Positions 14,571 to 29,200 of a stretch of DNA of 64,000 nt are shown piece after piece. Position 1 is the first letter of the stretch; each line of letters starts with the position of its first letter. The position numbers and the translations under genes are program-made. This DNA comes from Chrysomallon squamiferum (Eukaryota; Animalia; Mollusca): assembly GCA_012295275.1 (NCBI GenBank), contig CM022679.1, positions 16,492,001-16,556,000 on the forward strand, written 5' to 3'. Below the pieces are notes generated by a model. That model ran no database searches. It saw only the letters and a program-made list of their open reading frames with translations, and had not been told where the DNA came from.

Positions 14571-14782
14571 ATGCCCAGATCTGACCTGATAGGCTACTTA
14601 CTGGCTGTGGGAAAGGTATTTGTGCTGCTGGTGTATCTACGCCGGGCCTGCTGTCAGAGTCTGCCCACGCGAGACGAGAGGAACTTCAGGTTTCAAATTC
14701 GACGAGATATCTTTTACGACAATCACATTCTACCAGACGGACAACAAATGACTGTTTACCTTTTCAATGGCACTCGCAAAAA
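14571..14782 (+). CDS. NDNF: NDNF (neuron-derived neurotrophic factor / nord-like), coding exon 1 of 3, includes signal peptide
   Basis: MPRSDLIGYLLAVGKVFVLLVYLRRACC-QSLPTRDERNFRFQIRRDIFYDNHILPDGQQMTVYLFNGTRK matches the vertebrate NDNF N-terminus (QKLPTRDEELFQMQIRDKAFFHDSSVIPDGAEISSYLF). Acceptor ttttcag ends at 14560 (10 nt of UTR before the ATG). Donor GTAAGT at 14783, phase 2. Confidence 0.93.
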
Positions 14783-14793
14783 GTAAGTAGTGT

Positions 14794-14933
<140 letters not shown>

Positions 14934-15956
14934 GTCATATTATTATTATTATTATGAAATGTATATAAAATTAACATTTATCTACTTTGTTTCTGGTGGC
15001 TTACGACAGTATATTTAAATGCGTGTCACCGTTTTATACCACTTAAGCAAATCAAACGTTGTTGAAAGTCGTCGTCATCCATGTGACTTACGTCATGCCA
15101 ATCTATAGTTTTAATTCAATGATCTTCTGGAAAAAGGTAAGACTTTCAGAAAGTTTTTAATTTAATATCCATTATGACGGATGTTCATCGGTAGATCGTT
15201 ATTGATTAAATGCATTATTTATAATTACATATTATTTTGTTATTATTATTATTTTCTCTTTGTTTAAGTGTTGCCTTATTTCACTATTGCTTATGAATCG
15301 CGTATATTTTTAAAATAAGAAGTCGGAGGGAAAAAGAGCGGTAGATAGAAGAAGATAACTTGTTGTTCACTACTGGAAATTAAGCTGTGAACGAGGGCAC
15401 GAAGCAGTTTAAAAAATGAAATTTGCAGGTGTTTTCCTTCAGGAGATGACGAGATCCGGGGTCGGCCGCCAAGCCCACGTTTTCCCCTCATCATTCGCCT
15501 GCCCTGTGTCTCTCACTAAACCAAATTTAGCTACAGACAGATTTATTTAAAAAACAATTTTTTTCATAAAATCAACTGAAGACTTGTTAGTATGATGTAT
15601 ACGTTCTGCAGAAAGGAAGACAGGCAAAGATATGATATAACTTTGAGATCTGGAAAGATTTCCAGCAGACGTAAATATGACCGTATTTAATATAAACTAG
15701 AAAAGCAGCTGATTTTTTTTTTTTTTTTTTTTTGTCACACTGTGAATCGTTACATAACATTAGTTCACATTAGCTCTTGTCAATCAGAGTCTAGAAAGTG
15801 TCCAAAGCTTTGGGTCTCATAACACCTAAATCTAGTCTTTGACGTAGAAGATTATTTTTATAACCGGCGTAAATATTAATTTAGTAGGAAGGAAAGAAAT
15901 GTTTTATATATTTTTTCAACCAATGAATGTTAGCCTGTATTAGCTGCTCGTCGTTT

Positions 15957-16007
<51 letters not shown>

Positions 16008-16302
16008 TACAAATTAACAGTTGATAAGCTAATATAGCTTCACACTCTCTAGACTAACTTACATGATGTAACTTGATTAAATAAATTTCTTCTTAATATG
16101 TTCCATGCAATATCTTTATCAAAATTCATTAAATGTTTGGCAATTTACTTACGTCCGTCGTCCTTCCTGGACAGATTTTTATTATTATTATTATTATTAT
16201 TGAAACGATCATATCCTAAAGTAGTCGTAAACAGGTACTGTGATGATTGTAATTTCAAAGAGGCAGTTCCACGAACTTTACTTTTTAAAATAAATAAATA
16301 CA

Positions 16303-16337
<35 letters not shown>

Positions 16338-17091
16338 AATAAAAATAAATAAATAAATAAATAAAATACAATACGTTTCATTCTGTTGTACTGCTACCGC
16401 AGTCGTAAATGTAATGGTATTAAAATAACAATAACAGTAATAATAAATAACACAAAAAAAAATCTCATTTTCTCTCGAATCAAAAAAGAAATCTCTCTCT
16501 CAAAAGCTTCCGATACTGAATCGAAATACAAATATTTTTAATCTTTTCTTTTCTTTTTATTTTCTTTTATTATTTACTTTTACGATTGTAAATTTGTTAA
16601 TAAAGTTTTTTTCTTGAACATTTGTATATTTTTTCTTTAGCATTTCTGACAGCAATTACAAGTCTTTACAATCTCTTGTAGCTTCGATCGATGTCATGGG
16701 ACATCCCCTTGGAAGTATCAAATTATTTTCCGTTATTTTATTTCATAAAAAATATAATGTTTGACGAAAGAGGATGATAAAATAAATAAACAAATAAATA
16801 AAATAAATCCGATATGCCGAAAAGATTCCGTCAGATTCCACAAATGTGAATTTATCGAGAGTTTTCTGGTCATTTATCGCATTAATAATGAAAGCGGCGT
16901 AACGAAACGAACGTGACAGGATAATTTTGTCTTTCTTAAATTTCCACCTGGTAAGTGACGGACCTATCAAAGCAGACGTCTTACATTTGTTGCCTAGCAT
17001 TGTTTGCATTCTCTGACAGTGAGTTATTTTTCTCTCGATAACAAGCTGTTATAGTGAGGTTTTCTCTATAACCTTGTATATTATGTTTCAG

Positions 17092-17216
17092 ATATTTCTT
17101 TGTGGTAGAAGAAAGCAATGTGCCCCTGCAGATACTTGTAACACCATGCGCATCGCCAGTTTCTTGGTCTATAAAGAGAAAAGACTTACTCACCAACAAC
17201 GATGACGACAGTCAAG
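17092..17216 (+). CDS. NDNF: NDNF coding exon 2 of 3
   Basis: Acceptor tgtttcag. Translates (K)YFFVVEESNVPLQILVTPCASPVSWSIKRKDLLTNNDDDSQ, matching NDNF YFFVVEEDNTPLSVTVTPCDAPLEW. Donor GTAACA at 17217. Phases 2/1 join both neighbouring exons in frame. Confidence 0.93.
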
Positions 17217-17982
17217 GTAACAGAAAGTCAAACAGTCACATAACACATTGTTAAACACACCTTCAGATTACTAAGGTTTTATATTTGATTTTTTAATTTC
17301 GAATGTTTTATTTTCTTTCAATTCTTCACATTAAAAATACATCGTCGCACATTTATAAATATTCATTGTTCTAAATCACTTTTAATGACGAGGGTTTTTC
17401 TGTGAATTACGTCCATCTTGGATGACATCTTGCCGATAGTGTCTGTCGTATTTATCTGTGAGACGTATAACCTGTTAAATTATTCTAACCATTTGCCACA
17501 TTGTACATTTATCTAGATTTAGTTTAACGTACAAACAAGTTTTTGTGTCAGTCATTTACAGTATTTACAGTTAAAGTGGCAGTTCTGTGCACGTTTAGAA
17601 TTCGAGATATTAACTAACAAATTATTAAAAAATTACATTTTGTCGGTTTAGTGATTTCACTTTAACTTTACTCACACTACTGAATCTGGATGAGAAAATC
17701 AATCGTAAATATCACACACAAAAAAACAAATAAAACAGAAACTCAAAAAAAACAAACAACAATAACAAAATAAAACTAAACAAAAATAATAATAATTAAT
17801 AATAAAAAATTAAAATAAAAACCCAGAAAGAGATAAAAACAATATAAATCTTTCATTTCAATTTTGTATTTTCACTTAAGTGATGAATAACATGTAGAGC
17901 TGTTTATATATAGTTTATAATTAATTTATGCATCATATCATTGCTTGTGTTGTAACTGTCTGTTTTTGTTTCCTATTTTCAG

Positions 17983-19322
17983 AATCGGATACCTTTTTAA
18001 ACGACGCCAAACAGACCCAGATGAAATCTCTCTCGCAGTCGACGCTTGGTGACTTTGAAGGAGGAGGTGTCATGTCGTACTTTAACCCAAACAGTCAGTC
18101 AGGGCTGTACATTTTAGACCTTAAACCAATCAAAAGTGACACAAACGTTCTTATCTTTGGAACGACTACTCCTGGTTTGCAAAATCCATTCCCAGAGTTG
18201 CCTTCAGACTCGAGAGTTAACGTGACCGCGGTAGGAAAAAGGTCGATATCGTTTGAGTGGAAGGGTAGCAAGGCGACGTCCAGAAGAAACGTGGAGTACT
18301 GTCTGTCCGTCAGTCGGATTCAGAGATTCCAGTCGCATTGTTCCGTCCTTGCACACAGACTGGGCGACGTTCCTCCGACAGTGCCACCACATTTCGGATT
18401 TGGATTCCGATCCGACAAAAACCGTCAAAGAGAACTTCGTCGCAAGTCAAATCCAATTAAGGCTGTAAACCCCAGTAAACTGTTTTACAAATGTGTTGGT
18501 AGAAAAACTAGATTTACTTTTACCCGGGCCAAGCCGGGCAAAACATATTATATTGACGTGTTCCTTGTGAATCATAGGACAAACCAAGCATCCTCGTACA
18601 CGGGAACAACCGTTAAAACCAACAGAAAGAATAAACGCCCATCAACCAGCAAAAAATTCCTGGAGGATGGTAAGAGAAAATTGTTCAGACTGAAGAAAGG
18701 ACGCAAAGCCCAGGCGTTTGTTTTCAGTGTCAAGAAAGACATGTCTTCGGTTGTCTTGGAGCTCAAGTCGTGTCGTGGTGTACTTCCCTTTGAAATTGTG
18801 TCCAGTCACATAAAAACTTTTAAATCTGTGATCAAAAGAACCAAAATAGTGCGCATGAAAAACCTGCCGGCTGGAATATACACAATTCGGATAAAAGGAA
18901 ACAAGAAAAGGAGAAGATACGTTCAAATTTACTTTACTACAAGACAGTTCAAATACAGGAAGCCTCGGCTTCCAGCAGATTCGAGTATTAAAATATTCGA
19001 AAACTTGTCAACGTGTAATAGTGTGACATTAGCATGGATGGGCTCCGATGTTAAACAAAAATATTGTTTATACAAAAAAGAAGTGTCAGACTTCAAGAGG
19101 AAAAAGAGAAGGAGGTGCTCAGACCCGGAGACAAGGAACAAGAAAGAAAAAGTTCTGTGTATTCGATTTCGACACCGAGACAAAGACAAAGCTGTCATCA
19201 CTCAGACAGTTAAGAATTTAAAAGCGAACACTGGGTACGTGTTTGACATGTATGTTAGTAGAGGACAAAGTGGGTATTTGGCGTACCGCAGTGCGTTTGT
19301 AAGGACGAAATCTAAATGCTGA
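17983..19322 (+). CDS. NDNF: NDNF coding exon 3 of 3 (fibronectin type III-like repeats, basic C-terminal region)
   Basis: Acceptor cctattttcag ends at 17982. Motifs SGLYILDL, PFPELPSDSRVNVT, KPGKTYYIDVF, LPADSSIKIFENLSTCNSVTLAW, EKVLC and terminal RTKSKC align with NDNF. The first 18 codons of the 464-aa ORF are intronic. Spliced product 558 aa. Confidence 0.95.
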
Positions 19323-20577
19323 GAAATGCAAATCATGTTTGTGTTCACGTGTCTCTTGTGCTATTATAAATAAATAGTTTACAAGAGTTACTTATAATGA
19401 TGTAAGAAGAGATGGTGTATTTTAACCACGAGAAGTAAATCATCCAAGTAAAACTGATTGTAAACGGATGATTACTGGAGTTTATAAATACACATGTACA
19501 TGGATATGACACTGAAATCATACTGAAAACCGATTCTGATTTGCATCAGTTATATCATTCATCTCTTAATAACCCGGAGATAAAAATACAAAACAAAATA
19601 CAAAGTGTAATTCTAAACAACAGTATCCAGGCAGGAAATTCCTTTACGACTGAGTTTCTCTTAAGAGAAAAAATAGTGTAAGACATAATAAATAAACCAA
19701 TTTATTAGAAAGAATTGTGTCTATGGTATCATTACTACTGGTGTAATTGTTTTAAAAAAAGCAATGTCTCTGGAATCCTTTACTATTGACATAATTATTC
19801 TTAAAGTGTCACGTCTGAGAAATCAGTCAAGGAAGATATGGTTTAAAATGTATCAATTACTTTAATGAGTTTAAGTGAGTGTATTCAACTGAAAAGCGGC
19901 CATATTACATACGAAGTGGCGTGTTCAGTGTCATCTTCTGATGCACACATAAAATATGCTTATATAATCTTCATTTGGTGAATCTAAGCGGAAGATTATG
20001 ATATGGCCATGCTGGTAACACTCATAAATGGAGAAAAGTGACGTCACAAAACACGTGGCATATATATATATATATATATATATTGTACCTCAGATGTTAT
20101 TAAGACAATCCTATTTATTTAAAGTATACTCCACAAGAGATGTTCAAAAGAATGGCGTGTCTTAATGGTACGGCCAATGTAATAACTATGTTTTATTTAC
20201 AAAGTGTAAAGTTTTACTAGCAAGTTGGGCAATAAAATGACGAAACTGAGAAGATAATACGGAACTCAAGTAATTTTATGATGTTCCAGAGTAAAGAGAT
20301 AAAACTGAATGCAATGTATCTCTATAGATTCTTGAACAATAACGGTGATAATATAACAAATGTCATATTTTATTGCTTGCTTTTTATTCTGTATGTTTTA
20401 TTGATATTCAAGGCACTAGCAACACGTATTATCACTGAAATCAGCTTTTTACAACTGTTGTGAACTATGTATGCTTGTTGTTAGTTCAAACAAGACACTA
20501 AAAACTAGATTATTATGGCCCTGGTGTATATGTGATATTTTAATGATGGCCTAAACTGACATCTGCTCGTTTTCTAC

Positions 20578-20644
<67 letters not shown>

Positions 20645-21960
20645 GTGTTCTGAAGTGGGCGGATTGAAAACTTTCGACTGTTCTGAAGTGCGGAAGTGTG
20701 GAAAGTAATTATATTTCTGTCTTTCAGTCCTGTGATTTCCGTGGACGTGACAGATGGAAGGACGTACAGACATGGTAAAAATGATGGATTTAGGATTGAC
20801 TGTGATTCAGTTTATTTTGTGTTATAAAAAATACGAAAAATAAGACAAAAAACCAAACAAAAAAACCAACAATAACAAATAACGAAAAACGAATGTGAAA
20901 AGTGGTTTATCTAAAGCCAGTTTCAATCTTGCAGAAAGTACACTTACTTGTTGTTATAATTAGATCTTTGTTGTATATTTAATGTAAGCGGATATCAAAT
21001 CACCAATGCTTCTCACTGATAAATGTTGTATATACAAGGAACACAAAACTTTGGTGCATGGACACTGCAAGACGAAGTGTTAGCATAACTGAAATTAGAA
21101 AACTCTTCACGCTAATCTTTCTAAACGACACTTATTGTAAAGAGTAATCGAATATTCTTACAGACACCAACAACGGATTCAGGGTTTCGGAAAAGGGTTC
21201 GCATCATTGGCGAATTTAACTATCAAAACGAATTTATTTTCATTAAAATAAATAAATGAACAAAATTATAAATACTTTTCAAAAATCGTGGTCGTCATGT
21301 AATAGCGAACAATGATGACTGAATCCACTTGCTCTGGTTCCGTTTTTGGTAACATAATAATTAAAGTCTAATTTAATTGTAACTATGTTCGTATCTGTCT
21401 CTCTCTTTCTGTTTGTTTTTATATCTGTCCGTCTCTATATCTGTCTATCTTTATACCTGCGGATTAAGTAATCTGATAACTGCAACACTTTGTTTTCTTC
21501 ACTTGTCAGAAAATGATCTCATAAATGGCAAATCAAAAGACACACTCAAATGGCGCAACAGATGGTAAGAATCTCATAACAAACCATTCTTACCATGGTT
21601 TTCAGACTTTAGCAATTCTTGTTGACAGTAAACATTATTTCTGGAGATGTAAAAAATATATATATTTATATTCAGCTTGGCCGTTCTCACGACAATTAAT
21701 GGAAAGTGTACATAATTTAGGAAAGTAATCAGAGCCAGCAACCTCTCGAGTTTGTTTTGGCTCGCTCTGTTGGAACAAGCATGAGGTTTAAGAGGTTTAA
21801 AACAATCAGTAATTTTTACACGCACACGCATACACACACAAAATAACTCTTTAACAAATGTTAATGTAACTATCAGGTGGTTGCAGTTAACCTGTATCAA
21901 ATTGTGTTTATTTATTTATGTCTAAAAATACTTACTTTTTTTTTCTCTTTTATTTGAAGA

Positions 21961-22024
<64 letters not shown>

Positions 22025-23039
22025 CATTATGTCACTGTCGTCTTTATTTTGTTTTGAAAAAGTCAATAAAAATTTTCATTTTATGTCTTCGAAATTCTCT
22101 AATGGGATTTTTTAAAACATTGTTAAACCGTAAAATTACTTTATTTTTTTATATGGTGTTATCAGATTAATGTATACCTCATAATTCCGTTTATTAAAAA
22201 GCTATAGTACATTCATTTAGAATGCTATTTTAAGGATATGTTATGGAAAAACTAAGTCTTAAATTTCAAAGATTAATATCGGTACTTAAAGAACAAAGTC
22301 ATTTAGTGATTATGGAATATTTATTTTTTGAAAAAAATGACTGTAGCTTTGTAAACGATCATAAAAACACATTATAATCGACCATGTTTTGTCAGTGAAA
22401 AATTGACTTTTTTAAGTTATAAGTAAAAAAAATATATAGATATTAATAAAATAAAATGACAGAAAATTATAAAAATAATAAAAATGTTAAAAAAATAATA
22501 AATAAAAAAGCAATATAATCATAAGTGAAAAATCTATCGAAAATGTTAACGATGATTGTTAATTTCTATTATAATACATACTATTACAATACTATTTTTT
22601 AGCAATTAGTTCAACTACTTTTGATGATGATGATTATGAGAAGGAGATGGAAGAATATTAAAGCAAAAAAAAAAAAAAAAAAAAAAAAAGAAAGAAACCA
22701 AAAATGCTTCAAAGCATAAACATTAAACGGTTTTTGTTGATTTTATGGTTAAAGATATATTAGTGTGTCATAAAAACAAAAAAAGAAACAACCCAAAACA
22801 AACATGAATTTATTCGACTTAGTTCAAACTGCGTGATTTAACTACGTCATTAAACTGTGTTGAAGAGTACTTGAAAGATCTGTATTAAAGTTTATCAAAA
22901 CAGAACATGACTTAACTTTGAAAAACAATCTATTACGTAAGTATATTATGACGCCATTCTTTGACACTGTTAGAAAAGTATGTGTTGTGTATTACCTAAA
23001 CTTGTATGAGTATGTATAGTACCTAATAAAACAGTAAAA

Positions 23040-23210
23040 CTTTGTTATAAAAATGTATGACGTCATGCAATGAAATTGTAATAGAACACTACGTGATATA
23101 ATTTTGTAAAACATTCTTATAAAAATTTCTGACGTCATGAAAATGAAATTTTATTAGACCTGTACGTGATATAATTTTATGAAGATTTGTTACAAAAATT
23201 TATGATGTAA
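23040..23210. repeat. 72-bp tandem duplication, about 2.4 copies
   Basis: TGACGTCATG at 23058 and 23130, each followed by ATGAAATT and TACGTGATATAATTTT. Confidence 0.8.
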
Positions 23211-23737
23211 TTTAAGTAGATTCAAATCAATAACATTTCTCCAAAGTAGAAGAAAAAAAATGCCATGTTGTTTTTTAGAAAAAAAAACAATCCTGACAAA
23301 CAGAGAAGTATATTTCATTTTTCCTAAGGTTTAATTATTTAGTAACACTAAAAATAATACTAGAAATAATATTAACACTGTAAAAGCTTCAATACGGTGT
23401 ATATATATGTATGTATGTATGTATGTACCGACAACTGTCTGTAGACATGAGTTTAACACGACTGGAATAAATGGCTTTTAATACATATATGAATAGGCTG
23501 GTTCACATACGAAATGTCGTATCTCAAACTGTAAAACACTGTATTAGATAATCAATTCATTAAACTAATTTAGAAACTATGTCTTTCAATCTTTAGCATT
23601 TATCTTATTTCTTTCTAAATTTGAGCTTTTTTATATTTATTTATTTATTTGTTTGTTTATTTATTTATTTTAAATTGTATGTTCAGGTTAAAGCAGAAAA
23701 AGAACCTAAGTTTCGTGAACCTAATAAAATATATATA

Positions 23738-24478
23738 CAGTGGTACCTTGACTTAAGAGTTTAATTCGTTCCGTGACCAATATCGTCTCAGTTTGCTCGT
23801 ATATCAAATCAATTTTCCCAAGTGAAATTAACAGCCCCCTCAAAAAACCATCGTTTTTTTCTTTCTTTTTGTAACGTGTTTTTGATTAAGAAAAATGTAT
23901 TTATAAATGACAAATATTGTATAAAAACAAAATAAAAGAGAATGCAAAGAAATAAATTGGTTTTGTAAAGTTTATTTATCTTGGCGATCAGACAAATTAT
24001 TTAACGCCTTTGGCTGGAGTTACAGTCTTTATCGACTTCTTCAGCTTCAGAATGATACATATCGTAGAAGTACTATGCCTAGCCAAGTCGACTACATGCA
24101 CATCTCGCTCATGTTTTTATATGAATTCAAGTTTTAATTCAATGGACATCATCTGCTTCTTCTTCTCAGCACTGTTCTTTGCACTCACTTTCTTAGGATC
24201 CATGATCATAATAAAAAATTTGGCAAAATACTTCACAAAACGCGAGCACAACACTGTTGAGATGCTTCCGCGGCAAGATAACCACGTGAAGTAAATTAGT
24301 GAGACGCGTGATGCTGGCCGGATGTTGTGTTGTTCGTTGCACCAACTGGCGGCGGCGTATCTGAAGCTTGCTCGTAACTCGGATTTTGGCTCGCAGCTCA
24401 AAGCAAAAGCTAGCTCTGGCGACTGCTCGTAACTAAAAATACTCGTAAGCTAGGGCAGTCGTAAGTCGAGGTACTATA
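23738..24478 (-). mobile_element. Internally deleted pogo/Tigger-type DNA transposon
   Basis: Left TIR TA|CAGTGGTACCTTGACTTAAGA, right end TCGTAAGTCGAGGTAC-TA. The minus strand from 24203 reads MDPKKVSAKNSAEKKKQMMSIELKLEFI*KHERDVHVVDLARHSTSTICIILKLKKSIKTVTPAK, a CENP-B/psq-type HTH N-terminus of Tigger transposases with an in-frame stop. No DDD catalytic domain remains. Confidence 0.88.
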
Positions 24479-24568
24479 TATTAGATTCGCGAAACTTATG
24501 TTCTTTTTCTACTTCAATCTGAACAATATATATATATATATTATTGCTATTTGTGTTCTATTTTATCC

Positions 24569-24613
<45 letters not shown>

Positions 24614-26174
24614 GCTGTTGTTATTAGGAATTTTTATATATAAAAGCTTTTCTTGCAACAGTATTCTTAGTAAATCTGTATAAAACAGAACAAACATACG
24701 CATGCGCACACAAACACACCATAAATATTTACATATATACATACATAAACATTTGTACACACATATTTATCATTAATATATTCTTGAAATAAATTCAAAG
24801 AGGCTCTTTATAAGAAATTATATTATATTATATAAAAATTGTGAATTTGACCTGTATTTAAAAAGAAAAGAAAAATGAGATAAGGAAAATAGAAGATTTC
24901 GAAATATGCGCTCATTTAGTTGTTCTGTCAAATAACTTGTTATTTGGTTTCGTAAAAAAACCAAAATAATAATAAATTAATTAAAAATTTAAAAAAAAGA
25001 AAGAAAAAGGAAAAAAGAAAAAAAAAAAAAGGAATAAAAATAATAAAAATGATGGTGAACACAACCTTTTCACGTTAAATACCTACACTTTTTATGTGAA
25101 TTGTACTCAATACTGCAGCAAGAGGATTTTTCAAGAGGCGGTATGCTAACTTCTAACTTATCTGTCTCCTGTAGATGCAGATTTCGCGAATAGAAAAAAA
25201 AAAGATGATTGACCGACAATGAACGACAGCTGCATGGTGTTCCCTGATGTGTAATGACGTCACTGTGATTATAAATTTATATTTACTGAGCAGTTCCCTC
25301 CAGTATTGTTCAGTAGGTACAAGAGATCCCGCAAGCAGATGTATAACTTTTAATAGCTACCTTCTTTGAAAACGGGCCCACGTCCCGCAGGCTGAATCTA
25401 CAATCGGTAGAATGGTTTTCGAGAGAGGTAATATCATATTAAGAAAAATAGCATCTTCGTAAAAGAAACATTGCGAAAATGCAAGGTGGATCTAGACATT
25501 TTTCTAGGAGGGAATCACAAGTGATAGATTTGTTAAATAAAAGTAGTACATTTCCGGATTAAGAAATCAGCTGGTAAATAGAGCGGTTCTGAAATGATAG
25601 ATATGTCAGTTTCAGAATATATTTTCATAACAGAAGCTCTGTAACAAAATGCTGCGCACATCATGGCGTTTATGTTGAAGGGGTTTTTAGCGGTAACACT
25701 TGTTGAAGGAAAGCCTCTTTTGTTATATGGTATCTTCAGCTTAAGAAAGTGATGTTTAGTGAGTGTAAGTTTGCAAGATTTAAATGTTGTTTGTGTTAGA
25801 GATCTAGCCGTAGACTTTTTCTTCACATTTTCTTTAAACATATTAAATTCTATAAAATGTGTAAAATAAGCATGACCATAATAAATTAAAACAAAATTCT
25901 AGATGATATTGGATAGTCTGTGACTTTTTAACCAAGCCAAGTCTGTGTCTTTCTTGATTTTAAGCAATATATGAATAATAACTAGTCAGTTCTCTATCGC
26001 TATCTTCTATTCCATAGCTCATAATTTTCCTTTTGTACCTTTTTGTATTTGTTGTTCTAAACGTCTTTTTCTTAGTCGTCGTCTTCATCTTCTCTCTAAA
26101 ATAATATCTAACACAAAGCAGAAATACGAAACAAAATAAAATTAGATTAAAATAATAATAATAATAATAATAGT

Positions 26175-26207
<33 letters not shown>

Positions 26208-29200
26208 AATAATATAAAATACTAGTAGAAATATTATATCTAAGTTTTTCACCAGAACTTAAACAAATATAATAATACTATGTTTAACAATATCCAGTCT
26301 GAACATGTATTACTACAAAAGCAACAGACACACACGCACACACACACATACAAAAAAAAAAAAAAAAAAAGAAAAAAAAAAGAAGATAAAAAAAAAATAG
26401 AAGAAGAAAGAAAACAAATTATTTTCTGGCATGCTGCATTTTGTAATTAGGAAACACGAGTTTTGTTTTTATGACAGAGTGTAATAGACCTATTCTCTAC
26501 ATAATTATTAAGATTTCTCCAATGATTCAATATGACATGTAACTGTCAGAATTTCAAAAATACACTTATCATTTTTGGCAAATTTCTAACAACACTTCTT
26601 CCCCCGCAAACTCCCAAAAGCCTTTCCACGTGTATTTGTTAATAGATAGTTTGAGGATAGGTTACACTTTTTACTTCTCTTCTGTTTCTGAGACTGTTTT
26701 TATATAATTATAAACTACTTTCAAACGAAGCAGTGAAACAGACTTTTTTATATTTTTTTTTCAACTTACAAATAACACACTTTTTATAACATATATAGCA
26801 CGTATATTAATTGTGTGTATAACGTTCAGTGTATCCTTTGTCTTCAACACATTGTAATGATTTTGTAGGGGAAAACTAAATAAATAAATAAATAAAATAT
26901 AACAAAAAAATATAACAAAAAATATAAACACACACACATCCAAAAAAAAATTTAATTATTTAAGTTTTACTTCAGTCTAGTTTTGCGAATCGACATTCAC
27001 AAATAGCGAAATTTTATCTACGCATTCAGACCGGCGAAATTCTAAATTTTTCATATTTTAAAAATAGAGACGTAAAGGTAGAGTAAATTTAGTCCATTCA
27101 TATTCATGCTACCTATCGCCCCCTCACGTCGGTGAAAATCTGAATTTTTCATTTTATCACTACCTTGTGTGTTTCATTTATTTAAAAATGTTTAAGTTAA
27201 AATTAGATACACACAGGTAGAGTAAATTACTTCCATTCATATTCATCTTGCGTATCACCCTCTCCTCCTTTTATATCACTTTGATAAACATACTTTCAAG
27301 ATACAGCTTCGACCTCACCGCTGATTCCTGTTTCAAACTCTAAGACTACTTTCTATCTTGTTTTATCATTGTAATAGATTTTATGTAATCTGTTTTTTCA
27401 TATTTCAAAGTTGTTGGCGCATACCTTCCTTCTTAGCTAATCTTAACTTCGAGTCCTTATCTTTTCACAGTCTCCTGCACGCATCTTTTGGCACTTACTA
27501 ACCTCTTTCTTCGTATTTATAAATTTTTGAAAGAAAAATGAGAGAAACCGTTAAGACGTACATACAGTGTGTATCAGACGTTAGTTGCATTGACTGTATT
27601 GGCATGTACAGGGTACCGTTACATTAGTAACGCGAATCTGAAACTAGTGTTTATCTTACCTGATTATTCCTTTAAAAATAAGATAACAAACAGACGTAAC
27701 TTCTTTAAAAAATAGACGTACATAAAACACATGTATATGTACAATATACGAACATAAAACATACAGATATAACAATACACTGATATGCAGCTAATAAAAC
27801 ACAACTACACATACACACACAGATACGTAGATGTAACACGTAGATGTGCTGTAGTCAATCACCTCCGATGTGCCGACGAATGGGTGCCATACGTTCAAGT
27901 CTCGTCAGCGGCACCTAACGTTGTGATGTCGTTATAGACATCGCCCTTGTGTTTCAGTGCGTTCCCGAATATTGTCCATGTGTAGAGTCTAATCAGACAT
28001 ATATAAGACAGAGAGTATTCATTCTTAAACACATTCTCGAACATATAAACATGCGCGCGATTTACAAATTTACGTCAGAATAAATTTATTTGAAATGTTA
28101 AACAATTTATTATAATACGTATTCATTTACGTGGACTATTTTAACTAACCACAACATTATTATTATTATTAATCCACCGATTTTAGAAATCTAATTACTG
28201 TGAATTGGAAAATACTATAATAGATAAGTAGGATAAATATAATGAAACAGATTTAAATAAGAAAAGATTAACATTTAGGTAGGAGTGGTCAGAAAAGTCA
28301 TTCTTGTGTTAGTTTTAGGACATAAATTACGCATTCCAACATCCACAATGAATCTAAGGCGTTTAATAACAGCTGACTTTGGAACTAACCGACTTTTTAT
28401 CAGAATAACAAAAACATTTATGTCATAATATAGGTCTTTGCTGTATATGATCTTTGCCCATTTAGGATACTTTGAAACTTACAATCATTTCCCAAAAGAA
28501 TAAATTCTCTGACTGCATTGGGTTGATTTGAGAATACTATACATCAACATATTATTTCATATTTTTTCTGAAATTGGAGCATTAAACGATTGATAATCAG
28601 AATCGTTAGTTATTCTGAAATCAAATATAGCATTAGAAAATATTTAACGAGACAATATATAAAGATCATCCATCTCTTAGTTTTTCCCTCTTTGGCTGTT
28701 GAATTAATATTTACTACTAGAACTTCTACTTCTACTACTATGCATGTTTATTTACATCTGTGCACGCAATGAAAAACAGACGAACGTTGAGATAAAAAAA
28801 TGTTACTGTCTTTATGTACAAGATTACTGTATTCTTGATTTCTCAGATGATTCAAACGATAATTTCAGGCAATTAAAAGCTATGAATATGCAATAGTCTT
28901 TGAAAAGAAAGAAAACATACATTAGAAAAAAAAGAATGAGACTGCAAGAAAGGGAACAAAACAACCTCTGCTAACTAAATATATGTCAAACAAAAATGAA
29001 CAAAAAAAAAAAAAAGCTTCTTAAGATAAACGTCCTTGAATCGCTTTTCGTTTATTAGTTTACATTTTCGTAAATGTTAGTTTAAAATGATCAACAACTC
29101 CAGCAGGTAACCCTAGCAGAAAACGAGGGTCTTTCCTTGTTCTTCTTTCGTAAACGGCGGATTGCTTTGTTTGAAGTCTAGACACCAGTGATTTAAACTA

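Noticed and set aside
17928-17982. ORF-track start MHHIIACVVTVCFCFLFS as the NDNF signal peptide
   Set aside because: It is the polypyrimidine tract and acceptor of the intron. Homologous upstream exons supply the true N-terminus.
18204-19201. Antisense and alternate-frame ORFs within NDNF exon 3
   Set aside because: Shadows of a long coding exon with no independent homology or splice support.
27845-27920. tRNA-like stretch with GTTCAAGTC
   Set aside because: No A box or cloverleaf could be built. At most a decayed SINE head.
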